Below are positions 35,916 to 46,214 of a stretch of 64,000 nt of DNA, one piece after another (the stretch's first letter is position 1; each line of letters starts with the position of its first letter). Made by a program: the position numbers and the translations under genes. The notes under the pieces were generated by a model. The model did no database searches and was not told the DNA's origin. It was given only the letters and a program-made list of their open reading frames with translations. Source of the DNA: a virus (Duplodnaviria > Heunggongvirae > Uroviricota > Caudoviricetes); IMG/VR virus record IMGVR_UViG_3300040810_000833, positions 1-64,000 of that record; one strand, given 5' to 3'.

Positions 35916-38900
35916 ATGGTAGAGCCTTTTGGAAGTGACTCCGCAACAGGAACTCCTAATCTTGACGTACAGAAGTTTTTAGGCTTGACGGTTCTTGAGA
36001 TTAGAACAAATTCAAGCTGGGATTCGCAAGGTGGAGATTGCACAATAACTCTCATACAAGATGATGGCGAAACACTGGAAAACGCCATCGTTGGCTCCCC
36101 GAGATATTTTGAAATTGTCGACAAAGATCAGAACCCTATTTTCCGCTTTTACGGAATATTGGATGAACTAAACAGGAACTCGTCTCCTAACTCAAAGACG
36201 TATACAGCCACACTTCGATCTCCGACACTTCTCCTTGAGTCCTGCCCCGTGATCACAGAGGGGTTTACCGGGCATGGCGGTGCTCAAGAAGCGTATGGCC
36301 CAAATATTTCATCCAAGCTTGATTTTGGCTCAAATAATTCAAACGTAAATGCGTCGAATATGTTCAATGTATTCAATGTGTTTGGGCTTTACGAAAATTC
36401 TGAATACGGGGCAATCCCAAGTGCATTATCGGTAAATGGAAAAACTACAGGGTTTGGCTCTTCCGCAATAACGAGCGACGGGATTAGCGTCAACTACTTT
36501 GGTTATGCCATCGACCACTTAGTTAATGGGGGTGCAGGGTCTCCAGAGCTTGGTGGTAATATTCTATACGGTGCAACAACATACAACGGAGTTGGAGATC
36601 CAAGCAGTGCCTATGCCTACAACTTTGACATACTAGGCTTCTTAGATCAGATAAAAGACTTTATACCAAATGATTATAGAGTCACCGCCACTGACCTTAT
36701 GGGGTTCATATCAGAGATATGCGATACCATCAATCATGTATTTTATGTGGACTTATTAAAGCCTTCAGGGGAAGGCAGTCAATATTTTGGTGATGGTCAT
36801 ACCTCAACAAAGATTCCAGTGCTGACGCACAACAATACAATTTATGGTGGGCAAATTGTCGTAATTACACAAAACAGGAATGTCACCAGCCCCAAAAAAT
36901 TCCCACTCGCCGGATATGTCATCGGCAAAGAGATATCAGACAAGAGTTCGGGTAGTGGCCAACTTGCTGATCTACCACTCGATATAGGGCTTTCTGGCTC
37001 TGTTCACCCAGATGGACCTCCAGTCGCCAGTGCTCCGTTTGGTGGTAATTATCCAACAGAAGAAATATCTGTGGATGATACCGAAAGATTGAAGTCCTCA
37101 AACCTAACCGTCAATCTAAATAAAGGTGCTTCGTGTTCCAAATTTATCGTTGGTGGATTTCAGTCTAGAGTAAACTACATAAAGAGCGTTAATACAGACA
37201 ATGTTTCACCACCAGGTACTTGGCAGGCGGAGGGCGTAGATTCCGACCCTAGTCATGATGTTTATTGCTACTGGGGAGACATCAATGTGCAGGCAAGAAA
37301 TATAGCTACCCCAAACAATCCGATGCAGAGGAATGTTCCTGTATTGACGCCACTGATAAGCCCGCATGTAATTCAGTATTCGTCACAGCCAAATTCTAAC
37401 ATTAGGTATATCAGTGACATTGTTGTTGTTGATTGCTTCGATATCTTTGGAAGATTCACTTCAGATTCGTCGGCCGGTTATCCACCAGTGTTTGAGGATG
37501 GATTGTATTTGGCGAGCGTTGGAGAGCTGGAGGCGGCAGCTAGGTCCTATCCATCATGGGAAGATTGGATGAGTACCAACAAGGGGTCTAAACTAGGAAG
37601 GCTGTCTAGTATCTTCCCCGCCGCGATTAGGACTAGGTATCGGGACTTCAGGGGTGTTGGTTATACATACCTTGGGAAATCTGTTCAGTCACAGGCTAAT
37701 CACTGGATAGGATTATACAATACGAGTTCATCAAGTACTGGCAGGAAGCCTATATGTGATACCTCGGAACTCTCTGGCGTTGCCGGTGGAATCGCTGGTG
37801 TGGGGTTTGTTGCTTTTACCGAGCTGTTGGTGCAGAGGTTAAGAGAGATATACGACACCCATTACGGAAAAACGTATGCGGTCAAGATGCCAGCCTATTC
37901 CCTTCGCAGCAACCCAGAGTATACACCTGGAGAAGTTCAGGACTACGTTGTCCCATCATGGGATATTAGCCAAGATGGTTATCTAGATCCTTCAAAGTGG
38001 GATGAATATCAAACGCCACAAGGGGAATTCCTATCTGGCGGAAGGATCAAAGCCTATGCCAATTTTGAAACAAACTCATCCACAGTTCGAGAAATACATT
38101 GCAATAATTATATAGATTACGTTCCAGACTCTAGAGTTTGGAGTCCGACAAACCAGACGAGATTTTTCAAAAAATTCACAGAATATTCGAACAATACATA
38201 CACTAGGCCAGTTAGTTACGACGGGGTATTCAATGTAGTATCTGTCCCTGTAACTGTAAGAGAGGACTATGTTACATTGCCTAGTGCGTACTTCTCTATT
38301 TACAGTCCTCACACAGCAATACAGCCAGGGTTTAAGACTTTCGCTCAATCTATAGACATCGATTCAGAAATGGGTAATGTTCGACCGTTTTTGCTGGGGC
38401 TTGAACTCTCCTACTTAGACGCCGGAGGGATTCCGTTTGCTGTTGTTGAGCTACAAAACAGAGTTTATTCTCCGCTTGCAGACATAAATCAGATGGAAGA
38501 GTCTCCAACCTGCTCATTCGGCGATGAACCCAACGATGCTAGGAGGCTCAAGCAATATAAAAAATCACTGAACAGTGCAGCAAATACAAACGAAGTTACT
38601 TCCAACTCGACACCATTTGTTTCCCATCCTTCGGGTTTTGGAATACCTCAAGAGTCAACTAGATATGTTTATGGACCTTGGATTACTCAAACCTCTTTGG
38701 CTTACGGGGCAAAAGTTGAGTATGAGCAAATTGAAGAACTTAGGCCGGAAAATTACATGAGCTACGACACCATGAACACCGTTGGTCAGCTTCGTGCGAA
38801 TTCAGTGGAAAACTTTGACTTTCTTTATGTTGAGCAGGCATCAATTGCTATACCCGGACTTCCGAAAATCACGAATATAGGCCTTTCGTTGGTTGAGAAT

Positions 38901-39050
38901 GGACCCTTGGTTTCAGACATTTCATTTAGCCTTTCGGCAAACGAAGTCACGACGAATTATGGAATGAAAACATTTGCACCTAAATTTGGTCGAATTGGAA
39001 AATATTATGCGGATAGGATTACAAAGCTTGCGTCAAGGCTCAAGAGTTAA
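35916..39050 (+). CDS. tail hub / tail-associated protein (putative)
   Basis: 1044 aa, position after the distal tail protein. Confidence 0.4.
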   Translation: MVEPFGSDSATGTPNLDVQKFLGLTVLEIRTNSSWDSQGGDCTITLIQDDGETLENAIVGSPRYFEIVDKDQNPIFRFYGILDELNRNSSPNSKTYTATLRSPTLLLESCPVITEGFTGHGGAQEAYGPNISSKLDFGSNNSNVNASNMFNVFNVFGLYENSEYGAIPSALSVNGKTTGFGSSAITSDGISVNYFGYAIDHLVNGGAGSPELGGNILYGATTYNGVGDPSSAYAYNFDILGFLDQIKDFIPNDYRVTATDLMGFISEICDTINHVFYVDLLKPSGEGSQYFGDGHTSTKIPVLTHNNTIYGGQIVVITQNRNVTSPKKFPLAGYVIGKEISDKSSGSGQLADLPLDIGLSGSVHPDGPPVASAPFGGNYPTEEISVDDTERLKSSNLTVNLNKGASCSKFIVGGFQSRVNYIKSVNTDNVSPPGTWQAEGVDSDPSHDVYCYWGDINVQARNIATPNNPMQRNVPVLTPLISPHVIQYSSQPNSNIRYISDIVVVDCFDIFGRFTSDSSAGYPPVFEDGLYLASVGELEAAARSYPSWEDWMSTNKGSKLGRLSSIFPAAIRTRYRDFRGVGYTYLGKSVQSQANHWIGLYNTSSSSTGRKPICDTSELSGVAGGIAGVGFVAFTELLVQRLREIYDTHYGKTYAVKMPAYSLRSNPEYTPGEVQDYVVPSWDISQDGYLDPSKWDEYQTPQGEFLSGGRIKAYANFETNSSTVREIHCNNYIDYVPDSRVWSPTNQTRFFKKFTEYSNNTYTRPVSYDGVFNVVSVPVTVREDYVTLPSAYFSIYSPHTAIQPGFKTFAQSIDIDSEMGNVRPFLLGLELSYLDAGGIPFAVVELQNRVYSPLADINQMEESPTCSFGDEPNDARRLKQYKKSLNSAANTNEVTSNSTPFVSHPSGFGIPQESTRYVYGPWITQTSLAYGAKVEYEQIEELRPENYMSYDTMNTVGQLRANSVENFDFLYVEQASIAIPGLPKITNIGLSLVENGPLVSDISFSLSANEVTTNYGMKTFAPKFGRIGKYYADRITKLASRLKS

Positions 39051-39074
39051 TCTATAATATAATTGAGGAAACAA

Positions 39075-40103
39075 ATGGCAGATACAAACAATATTGATGT
39101 AAATTCTTCATCCCCCGACAATCTATTCATCGTCGGGAAGACTGTTAATATCTATGCGGACTACAATGAAGGCCAGCACTCCAAGTTAGTCAATGGAGTT
39201 TCTGTGTCGATCACTACTCCAGATAATGCCATTTATGACATCGGAGAAGATCACGAAAACGTTGGTTCGGTCAGTCTTGATGCGATATTTTCTCCATACA
39301 CAACGGAAAGCGGACACCAAAGTCTTCCATACTGGGAAAACCCAGACAGTGGAGCCGCTATCCCGACAAACGTGGAGTTGAATCCGTTTTTCCCTCTTGG
39401 CGTCGGGGGTTCGGGGGCGTTAACATATTATGAGTCCGGCTCAAACATAGCAGCATTTAATTCGCTCTCGGCTGTTGGTGACGGAAGTCAAGAAGACATG
39501 TCTCCCTACGCACAGATTCATGACTACGGAACCGTAGGTTCGTTCGCTCGTGGAGTTGGTCTAAGATCTCCTGTTGTAATTACTGGGCCGGGTTATGGGA
39601 TGGATGGAAACCCAGTCCCTCCAGACACTGGGACTATATATTATGACTCTAGCGGAAACCCAGTCGCCACTGGCGACCCCACGAAGTTTTCTCCGGACGC
39701 ATTTACAAACCCGAACAAATGGAAGTCTGGCCCTGTAGATTTGAGATGGGATAACTCAAGAAAAGTATGGTCAGCATCTGGAAAAGAAGGGGTTAAGCAT
39801 ATCGGGTTTCGTATAGACTCAATTTCAGACGGTGCAACTTCCGCACTATGCTCTTATGATACATGGGACGATGGTTATTCAGAATCGGATGTTCCTGGCG
39901 ACTTGAATACAATAGCTGGAATAACACCTCCGCTTGGAGTTGTCGAGGTTCATGATGCGAATGGCTGCTTTTTTGATGAACCAGCAGATGAACTTTTTGA
40001 CAGAAGGGGGTATGCCCATTATGTAAAACCAAGAAATGGAACTGCTAGGTGGGAAGTAACAAGTTTGTGCTGTAGAAGGCTACAGTGCTCTGAAGGAAAT
40101 TAA
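39075..40103 (+). CDS. baseplate/fibre-associated protein (hypothetical)
   Basis: ATG 39075 with a GAGGA RBS; the ORF table's 39063 start is TTG with no RBS. Confidence 0.4.
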   Translation: MADTNNIDVNSSSPDNLFIVGKTVNIYADYNEGQHSKLVNGVSVSITTPDNAIYDIGEDHENVGSVSLDAIFSPYTTESGHQSLPYWENPDSGAAIPTNVELNPFFPLGVGGSGALTYYESGSNIAAFNSLSAVGDGSQEDMSPYAQIHDYGTVGSFARGVGLRSPVVITGPGYGMDGNPVPPDTGTIYYDSSGNPVATGDPTKFSPDAFTNPNKWKSGPVDLRWDNSRKVWSASGKEGVKHIGFRIDSISDGATSALCSYDTWDDGYSESDVPGDLNTIAGITPPLGVVEVHDANGCFFDEPADELFDRRGYAHYVKPRNGTARWEVTSLCCRRLQCSEGN

Positions 40104-40105
40104 TA

Positions 40106-42232
40106 ATGGTAGATAAGGGTAGGGACGAGTATTGCTGCTGTAACGGATGTCAATGCAAACCGGAACCATCGTCACTTTCTGTTTCTGGAGGTACGGACGA
40201 ACAAATAGCACTATCCACTACATGGAGAAGATTTTGCTGCTCCTGTGTTCCTAAGTATGCGTGCGTCACAATCGATGATGGAATTTCAATAAACCAGTAT
40301 GACTACACCCTTTATTACCCCCCGTCATCACCCGCACAAGACTTGGATCAAGCACTTTATGTGCCTGCTAATTCACAGACCGTATACGCTGGGTCATATG
40401 GTGTCATAGATCTTAACTTCCATTTTAAAATAGATAATAACAAGTGTTATTTTGGAATAGTCAGCACATCACTTGGCATTGCTGTAGACGACATAACAAA
40501 CGCTGTGGAAATAGGATCTTCGGCAAGGCAGTCGCCAGATTATTTTTGCAAGACTTTAAGTACGCAGGGGAATGGGTACACATCATTCAGTATAGGCTCT
40601 TTAACGATATCTATTGCTGCGGCAGACCACGAACCAATAGCCGGTAGAAGAAATTGTTATGACGCATCCGGAAATATCGTCTACGACGACAGCCCGTTAA
40701 GAAATATGTGCTGTAACTGTTCCTGTATATGCGATTGTATGTTTTTAGATTATGGCGGTACGCTTCTAATTCTTGATGAAAATGATGAGATTGTAGACAA
40801 TCAAGTAGCAATTCAAGACTTTGCGTGCTTATCTAACAATGAAAATCCATGCACTGCCGAGTGGAGTTTTCCGCTCGGCGTAACTTTGTCAATCAGACCA
40901 GAGTATGACAAGTGCATACTGGAGCGTTTAATTGCATGCTGGAAGATGGAAGAGCTTTCTGGAGTCAGGTATGACTCCTACAAGAACAGAGATCTCGCTG
41001 AGGTTAATCCCGTTGGCCAGACGGTCGGTAAAGTAGGAAATGCGGCAGATTTTGATCCGACACTTAGTGCTTCATTGGTGCTTAATGATACAGAACCACT
41101 TGAAAGAATAAGATTTTACGACAACGATGGATCAATACTTTTATGGTGTAAGATAGACTCAATATCCGAAGATATGTGCATTCTATCCAAGTACACGGAC
41201 GATGTTGCGGAATCACTTTACGAACTTTCGTTTGATTCTACCCAGAATAAGTTTGTTTTTACTGTGTCAAACGGGACTCAAGAATATTCAGTGTCGTCAA
41301 GTTATACAGGCGGAATTTCTTCAGGTGTTTGGTATCAGATATATGTAGAAATTGATAATTCAGAGAAGAAGATTTTAATCAAGGTTGGTGATGATCCATC
41401 AGTCGCAACCTCGTTTACTGGAAATCTTCAGAATGTGAGCCCCTCGCTCTATATTGGCCAGAGTGGAAAAACTTCTCCACGATATCTGAATGGTGCTGTC
41501 GACCAAGTCTTGGTATGGGATAAGTGCTGGAATAAATCTTCTATAGCATGCTGCACAAACATTGATGATTACGCCGCAAGAATAGCTAGTATAGATCAGG
41601 CTGGTGGACAGATAGAACTAAATTTCAACACGTCGTCACCAAATGATATACTAACATGCTCTCAGGATAATAGATGCTATGCACATCTTGACATTGGGGA
41701 ACTCGACATAATCACGACGCCAACCCCGATATTGCTCGGGGAAATACTGCAGAATACAACATGTCCAAAGCCCATTTTGAGATGGGAGCTTACTCATGCG
41801 GCTGATCAATATTCATCAACGCCGTATCCAGTCGTGTTCACAATAATCTGCAAAAGCTGTGGTCAAATACCATCAATTCACATTGATGACTGCTGTCCAA
41901 ACGGAAGAACGAACTACCCAACATCGCTGATAGCCGATATAACGACTGATTGTGAAAACTGTTCATCGATTAGTATGAGTCTTATGTGGAGCGATGTTAA
42001 TCAATATTATTCTGGAACCGCCAAGTTGTGCGGGCAGGATCTTACAATACAGACTATGTGCCCATTCACATCAGCTAGTGTAGACTGGGGCACATGCATA
42101 ACAGGAGCGTCGTTAAGTGGAGGTTCTTGCGATCCAGTTTTAATCTCTGGGTCGGTTGCTTCTTTTGGGTTGGGTTGTTGCCCTTCCGATCCAACACAGT
42201 CGGTCACTCTAAACATCACGATCCATGAATAA
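40106..42232 (+). CDS. Cys-rich receptor-binding / tail fibre protein with a LamG (concanavalin-like lectin) domain
   Basis: SGVWYQIYVEIDNSEKKILIKVGDD...LYIGQSG...YLNGAVDQVLVWDKCW is a typical LamG_3 pattern; CCCNGCQCKP and other Cys clusters. Confidence 0.6.
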   Translation: MVDKGRDEYCCCNGCQCKPEPSSLSVSGGTDEQIALSTTWRRFCCSCVPKYACVTIDDGISINQYDYTLYYPPSSPAQDLDQALYVPANSQTVYAGSYGVIDLNFHFKIDNNKCYFGIVSTSLGIAVDDITNAVEIGSSARQSPDYFCKTLSTQGNGYTSFSIGSLTISIAAADHEPIAGRRNCYDASGNIVYDDSPLRNMCCNCSCICDCMFLDYGGTLLILDENDEIVDNQVAIQDFACLSNNENPCTAEWSFPLGVTLSIRPEYDKCILERLIACWKMEELSGVRYDSYKNRDLAEVNPVGQTVGKVGNAADFDPTLSASLVLNDTEPLERIRFYDNDGSILLWCKIDSISEDMCILSKYTDDVAESLYELSFDSTQNKFVFTVSNGTQEYSVSSSYTGGISSGVWYQIYVEIDNSEKKILIKVGDDPSVATSFTGNLQNVSPSLYIGQSGKTSPRYLNGAVDQVLVWDKCWNKSSIACCTNIDDYAARIASIDQAGGQIELNFNTSSPNDILTCSQDNRCYAHLDIGELDIITTPTPILLGEILQNTTCPKPILRWELTHAADQYSSTPYPVVFTIICKSCGQIPSIHIDDCCPNGRTNYPTSLIADITTDCENCSSISMSLMWSDVNQYYSGTAKLCGQDLTIQTMCPFTSASVDWGTCITGASLSGGSCDPVLISGSVASFGLGCCPSDPTQSVTLNITIHE

Positions 42233-42515
42233 ATATTGTGAATGTGAAGAGCCGGGGTTTTGCGAAAGACATCAAATTTATAAAAATGATCATTACTTTT
42301 CTATATGTCAAGGCAATGCAATGGATTTAGATTGTGGTGCTAAATTTTGGATAGGGTGGGAGCGTGGGAGGCTTGGTGCGGTAGCACCCAAGAATCCAAT
42401 ATTAAATGTATCTTCCTTCTGTGTCGATACGGATAAACCAATAAGCACACCGTGCAAACCATGCCAAGGAAATAATAAGGAGGTACTTTATGCCAAAAAA
42501 GCAAACACCTTGTGA
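42225..42515 (+). CDS. small Cys-rich protein (96 aa), paralogous N-terminus with the next gene
   Basis: CECEEPGFCERHQIYKNDHYFSIC vs CECPLSGYCNRHGVEKNESEYRLC. Confidence 0.45.
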   Translation: MNKYCECEEPGFCERHQIYKNDHYFSICQGNAMDLDCGAKFWIGWERGRLGAVAPKNPILNVSSFCVDTDKPISTPCKPCQGNNKEVLYAKKANTL

Positions 42516-42861
42516 GTGCCCACTATCTGGGTACTGCAATAGGCATGGGGTTGAAAAGAACGAGTCCGAGTATAGGCTTTGTTCTCGTGATCTTAGGTAT
42601 TTCAATTTATGGGAATCAAGAGCTGGCGGAAAATCTTATCCACCAGTCCGTAAACAAGCGACAAACTTTATTAAGTCTGCCACCAAGCACCTGCTCCACG
42701 GAATGAAAAAAGCCGATGAGGAACTTACTAACTCAAGAATGTCTATCTGTCTATCTTGCAGCAAATATGACAAAACAAAAGAGAGATGCATGGAATGCGG
42801 ATGCGTCGTTCCACTCAAAGCAGCTTGGTTAAGCTCTTCATGCCCAGATGGCAAATGGTAG
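42490..42861 (+). CDS. small Cys-rich protein (123 aa) with a C-terminal C-x2-C...C-x-C cluster
   Basis: See the previous entry; CLSCSKYDKTKERCMECGC. Confidence 0.45.
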   Translation: MPKKQTPCECPLSGYCNRHGVEKNESEYRLCSRDLRYFNLWESRAGGKSYPPVRKQATNFIKSATKHLLHGMKKADEELTNSRMSICLSCSKYDKTKERCMECGCVVPLKAAWLSSSCPDGKW

Positions 42862-42905
42862 AACTAAATAGAAAACTCGGGGTTCACATTTGAGGTTTTA
42901 TACTT

Positions 42906-43139
42906 TTATTCTTTCTTCTCCGCCTCCTCCAATTCCGAGTTTAGGTAGGATTGGAAAAGGCTTGAGGATGCTATTGAATACAGCCTCAAAAAATAAACAG
43001 CATCACTCTGCTTTTCCGTCAGGTCACCCCCATTGGCCACAGCCTCTAAATCCTCAGAAAAAGCAACCAAACGCTCAGTCACCTGACTCACCTCGTGCAA
43101 AACCTCCTCCCATTCTTGGGAGAATTTCTGTGTGTTCAT
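42906..43139 (-). CDS. hypothetical acidic protein (77 aa)
   Basis: ORF at the convergent junction. Confidence 0.3.
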   Translation of the reverse strand: MNTQKFSQEWEEVLHEVSQVTERLVAFSEDLEAVANGGDLTEKQSDAVYFLRLYSIASSSLFQSYLNSELEEAEKKE

Positions 43140-43377
43140 TGCTTCCGGTCTCTATTCAAAAACAAAAACGAAAAAATCAAAATAATAGCGGATATGAAAA
43201 TTGACGCAAGCACACTTTCAATTACATCATTTCCCACAATTCCGACCTCCACCCCTCTACCCTGTCCGGCCGCTGTCCATCGCAGCGACCGGAAAGCAAT
43301 CAAAACACATATCAGTCACGATCGTGACGACGGTTGACCCCGCATAATGCGGCGGTCAGTCCAACACCCCTTTTGCG

Positions 43378-43767
43378 TCAGGGGCCGAATGTGTAATTCT
43401 TACCTAAACGCATCCAATCCATCCCGTCTGGATTTTTCAAAAATTCCCAGTGACGCTCCAGATTCTCTAGGTACTCGTCGTGCCCAAGCGGCTCAGGCGT
43501 CCACGGATCAATTTCCCAGAAATTGTTGGGGGGCCAAGGTTCCTCAACGATCCAGTCCTCTGGGTTGTATGGAACAAGATCAACCCATGTCGATGGCCCA
43601 TACGGGTCGTATGAGACAACAAAGTCAGAAATCGGTGGCTCTGGGACATAGTTGTAGACATCGTACCCATTACCCATAAATAATTCAAGAACTAACCCAG
43701 CACTTGCACTGCCGGTACTAACAGGCAGTAAACTCAACATCAACATCAACACTCTCCACGATTTCAT
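43378..43767 (-). CDS. secreted small protein (signal peptide)
   Basis: MKSWRVLMLMLSLLPVSTGSASAG signal-peptide-like N-terminus; Trp/Pro-rich mature part. Confidence 0.5.
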   Translation of the reverse strand: MKSWRVLMLMLSLLPVSTGSASAGLVLELFMGNGYDVYNYVPEPPISDFVVSYDPYGPSTWVDLVPYNPEDWIVEEPWPPNNFWEIDPWTPEPLGHDEYLENLERHWEFLKNPDGMDWMRLGKNYTFGP

Positions 43768-43845
43768 TTTCTAACCCCTTTTATAGAACTAAAACCAAAA
43801 AATAAGAGTCACAGCAACTCAGACGAACGACAAACTGATTTTTAT

Positions 43846-44268
43846 TTACTGCGAACCTCTTCCACGACTGTACTTGTGCCATCCGTTATGACCGAGAGTG
43901 ATTGTGTCACCTCTGTTTCTTGCGGCCTCTACTTCGTCCGGCGTTGGTCTTTTGGGAAACAGGTTATCCGTTCCATCGTCGAGTACGCCATAAGTCTTTT
44001 TGAACCACTGTAGCGGCCCGTCTGTCACCACCTTCTCAAAGAACTCAGCCTCTTTCTCTTTTCCTGTATTCGGGTCCGTGTACTTGCTGCGTCTTGTCCT
44101 ATAAGAAACATTTCCGCCAGAAACAAGCTTACCATCGATAACCGCCGATGGAGTGTCTTCATAAATCTCTTGAAAAGAAGAAAGTTTTCTAAACGCATCC
44201 TTGTCGTTTGAGGCCTCAAACTCAGTTGTGATTCTTCCGTCTGCAGTTGTATAAACAAACTTTTTCAT
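43846..44268 (-). CDS. hypothetical protein (140 aa)
   Basis: ORF. Confidence 0.4.
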   Translation of the reverse strand: MKKFVYTTADGRITTEFEASNDKDAFRKLSSFQEIYEDTPSAVIDGKLVSGGNVSYRTRRSKYTDPNTGKEKEAEFFEKVVTDGPLQWFKKTYGVLDDGTDNLFPKRPTPDEVEAARNRGDTITLGHNGWHKYSRGRGSQ

Positions 44269-44984
44269 TCTTTACCTTTCTTTATTTCTTCTGGAATTGG
44301 CTTTACGCCCTGCTTGTATTCATTGATTCTCTGTGTCATTTTCTTGGCGATTTCATGTGGTACGGCTTTTATTGTTGGGTATGTGTTTTCTCCGCTATTG
44401 ATAAACTGAACAACATCTACACCCAGCTTTTCGCACTGGCTTGTAATGTATCTTTCCTGATCCGCATTGATCAATCTATGGTCATCATCTGGTGATCTAT
44501 TGCTTCTAGCTCCCTCTTTTTCTGAGTGCTTCTTGTCTGTTAGTTTAGAGCATTCTTCTGCAGCCACTTGCCGTAATTTTAGTGCTTTTCTTAACGCTCT
44601 GGCTTCTGCCCTAGTGACCGCCATCGCAGCACCAAACACCTCAAAAGGAGAGTCTGTGTTATGGGCAGAGGAGTCGGCAGCGTCCGAGTAGACAACGGGT
44701 AGCGATTTATTGTCTGTCTGTATGGTAACTTCGTAAACGGCGAAGGTTTTTCCTATTGGTGTATCATCAGGATGATGAAATAGATTTTTAACTTCGCCTT
44801 TGACGATCGTACCAATCAGTAGTTCTGTAACCCTCCTCAATCCAGCGACTTTGGGTTTTGCGTCCCTTCCTTCCCCCACGAGTTCATCCGGAGCGAAAAA
44901 ACTCATTACGTGATCATTCCACTCCGGATCTGTCTGCAATATTTCCTTTTTGTTCTCTTCGTCAGATTCTGACTGCTTGCCCAT
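44265..44984 (-). CDS. hypothetical protein (239 aa)
   Basis: ORF, coupled. Confidence 0.4.
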   Translation of the reverse strand: MGKQSESDEENKKEILQTDPEWNDHVMSFFAPDELVGEGRDAKPKVAGLRRVTELLIGTIVKGEVKNLFHHPDDTPIGKTFAVYEVTIQTDNKSLPVVYSDAADSSAHNTDSPFEVFGAAMAVTRAEARALRKALKLRQVAAEECSKLTDKKHSEKEGARSNRSPDDDHRLINADQERYITSQCEKLGVDVVQFINSGENTYPTIKAVPHEIAKKMTQRINEYKQGVKPIPEEIKKGKE

Positions 44985-45813
44985 CCTTTACCTCGATTTC
45001 TATTAAACTGTCCTGTTCCTTCCCATCTGCAATAGCAGACACCTCTTGTATAATACATTGTAGCAGAATTGACATCTTTGTTCTTGAAATACTTTTGTCA
45101 ATTTGCCTGACTCTAAGTATTTTATATCCATGGCTTATCAGAATACCCTGTTTCGCCACGTCCGCTTGTTGTTGTTTTGTTAACTTTTCTTGGCCCCAGA
45201 TCGGCTCAAAGTGCTGCGGTCCATCAATCTCAATTGCGGTTCTTATTTCCGGAATGAATATGTCAACTTCAAGATTGCTACCGGGGGCGAGGCCTGACTT
45301 ATGAAATTCTACTTGATAGCCGTTATCCCGAAGACCCTCCATAATGAAACGCTCTGTTTTTGATCCTTCTTTACTCGCCCTTCTAACTTGCTCTAGTGCC
45401 AAAGCTCTAATTTCAGCCTGTTTTTCTGGACCTAGTTTTTTCCAGTTGTCTTTGCTGATCTGAGCCATTCGTTCCTTTTCGGCGTCAGTCATCCTGCTGT
45501 AGGCTTCTGCCCTAGCAGATCCTATGCTGTCCTTATGTTCTTGTGACAGCTTTTTTCCTTCCGTTGGATGCATGGCAGCACCAGACTCTAGGGCGACCTT
45601 TTGTGCGTCAGAGTAGCTTCTTCGATCGATACCCAAAAAGTTTAGTGCCCGCAATACTTTTTGCGGGTAGGTGTTAAGCTTCTTGGCGATTTGGTAGCTG
45701 CTCATGTTTTGATGAACATACATCTCTGTAATAACTAATCTGTTTTTTCTAGCAAATTCCATAACTTCTCCAGTTCGAATGATTCTAATATTCCATGAGG
45801 CAATCGCCCACAA
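44962..45813 (-). CDS. HTH + DUF559/Vsr-like (PD-(D/E)xK) endonuclease domain protein, homing-endonuclease-like
   Basis: N-terminal HTH (SSYQIAKKLNTYPQKVLRALNFLGI); C-terminal EVDIFIPEIRTAIEIDGPQHF ... GYKILRVRQ, which resembles the DUF559 pattern D..IP....aIE.DG..H / ..V.R. Confidence 0.45.
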   Translation of the reverse strand: MWAIASWNIRIIRTGEVMEFARKNRLVITEMYVHQNMSSYQIAKKLNTYPQKVLRALNFLGIDRRSYSDAQKVALESGAAMHPTEGKKLSQEHKDSIGSARAEAYSRMTDAEKERMAQISKDNWKKLGPEKQAEIRALALEQVRRASKEGSKTERFIMEGLRDNGYQVEFHKSGLAPGSNLEVDIFIPEIRTAIEIDGPQHFEPIWGQEKLTKQQQADVAKQGILISHGYKILRVRQIDKSISRTKMSILLQCIIQEVSAIADGKEQDSLIEIEVKDGQAVRI

Positions 45814-46214
45814 AGTCTGTAAAAGGGAGTGACATGGTCTTCTGACCTAAGAAAGACAGTGAGTCTTTCGTCGGTTAGTAATGAGTGCATAAACTCATAA
45901 TTTAACTCAGTAAACATCCAGTCAAGATCATAAAGGTATAGCACTTTCCTAGATGACGCAGCAGACCCGACTACTTTAGCCGCATTATTTATTGTTGTGC
46001 CTATTAATACACCATCGCAAAACGAGTGTACCTCTTCAGGGTTAACAATCGCCGTGTTTACATGAATAAATTCATTGGTAATATCTGCCGATGTTACTGA
46101 AATTTCCTCCAATGTCGAGGAGGTTATTCTCTCGATAGATTTGAACAACTCTCGATTTGCTTGAGAGAATCCAGTGTTGTCTAGAAAAATCATCGTTTTC
46201 ATTTTGTTCCCCAT
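45735..46214 (-). CDS. hypothetical protein (159 aa)
   Basis: ORF. Confidence 0.4.
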   Translation of the reverse strand: MGNKMKTMIFLDNTGFSQANRELFKSIERITSSTLEEISVTSADITNEFIHVNTAIVNPEEVHSFCDGVLIGTTINNAAKVVGSAASSRKVLYLYDLDWMFTELNYEFMHSLLTDERLTVFLRSEDHVTPFYRLCGRLPHGILESFELEKLWNLLEKTD

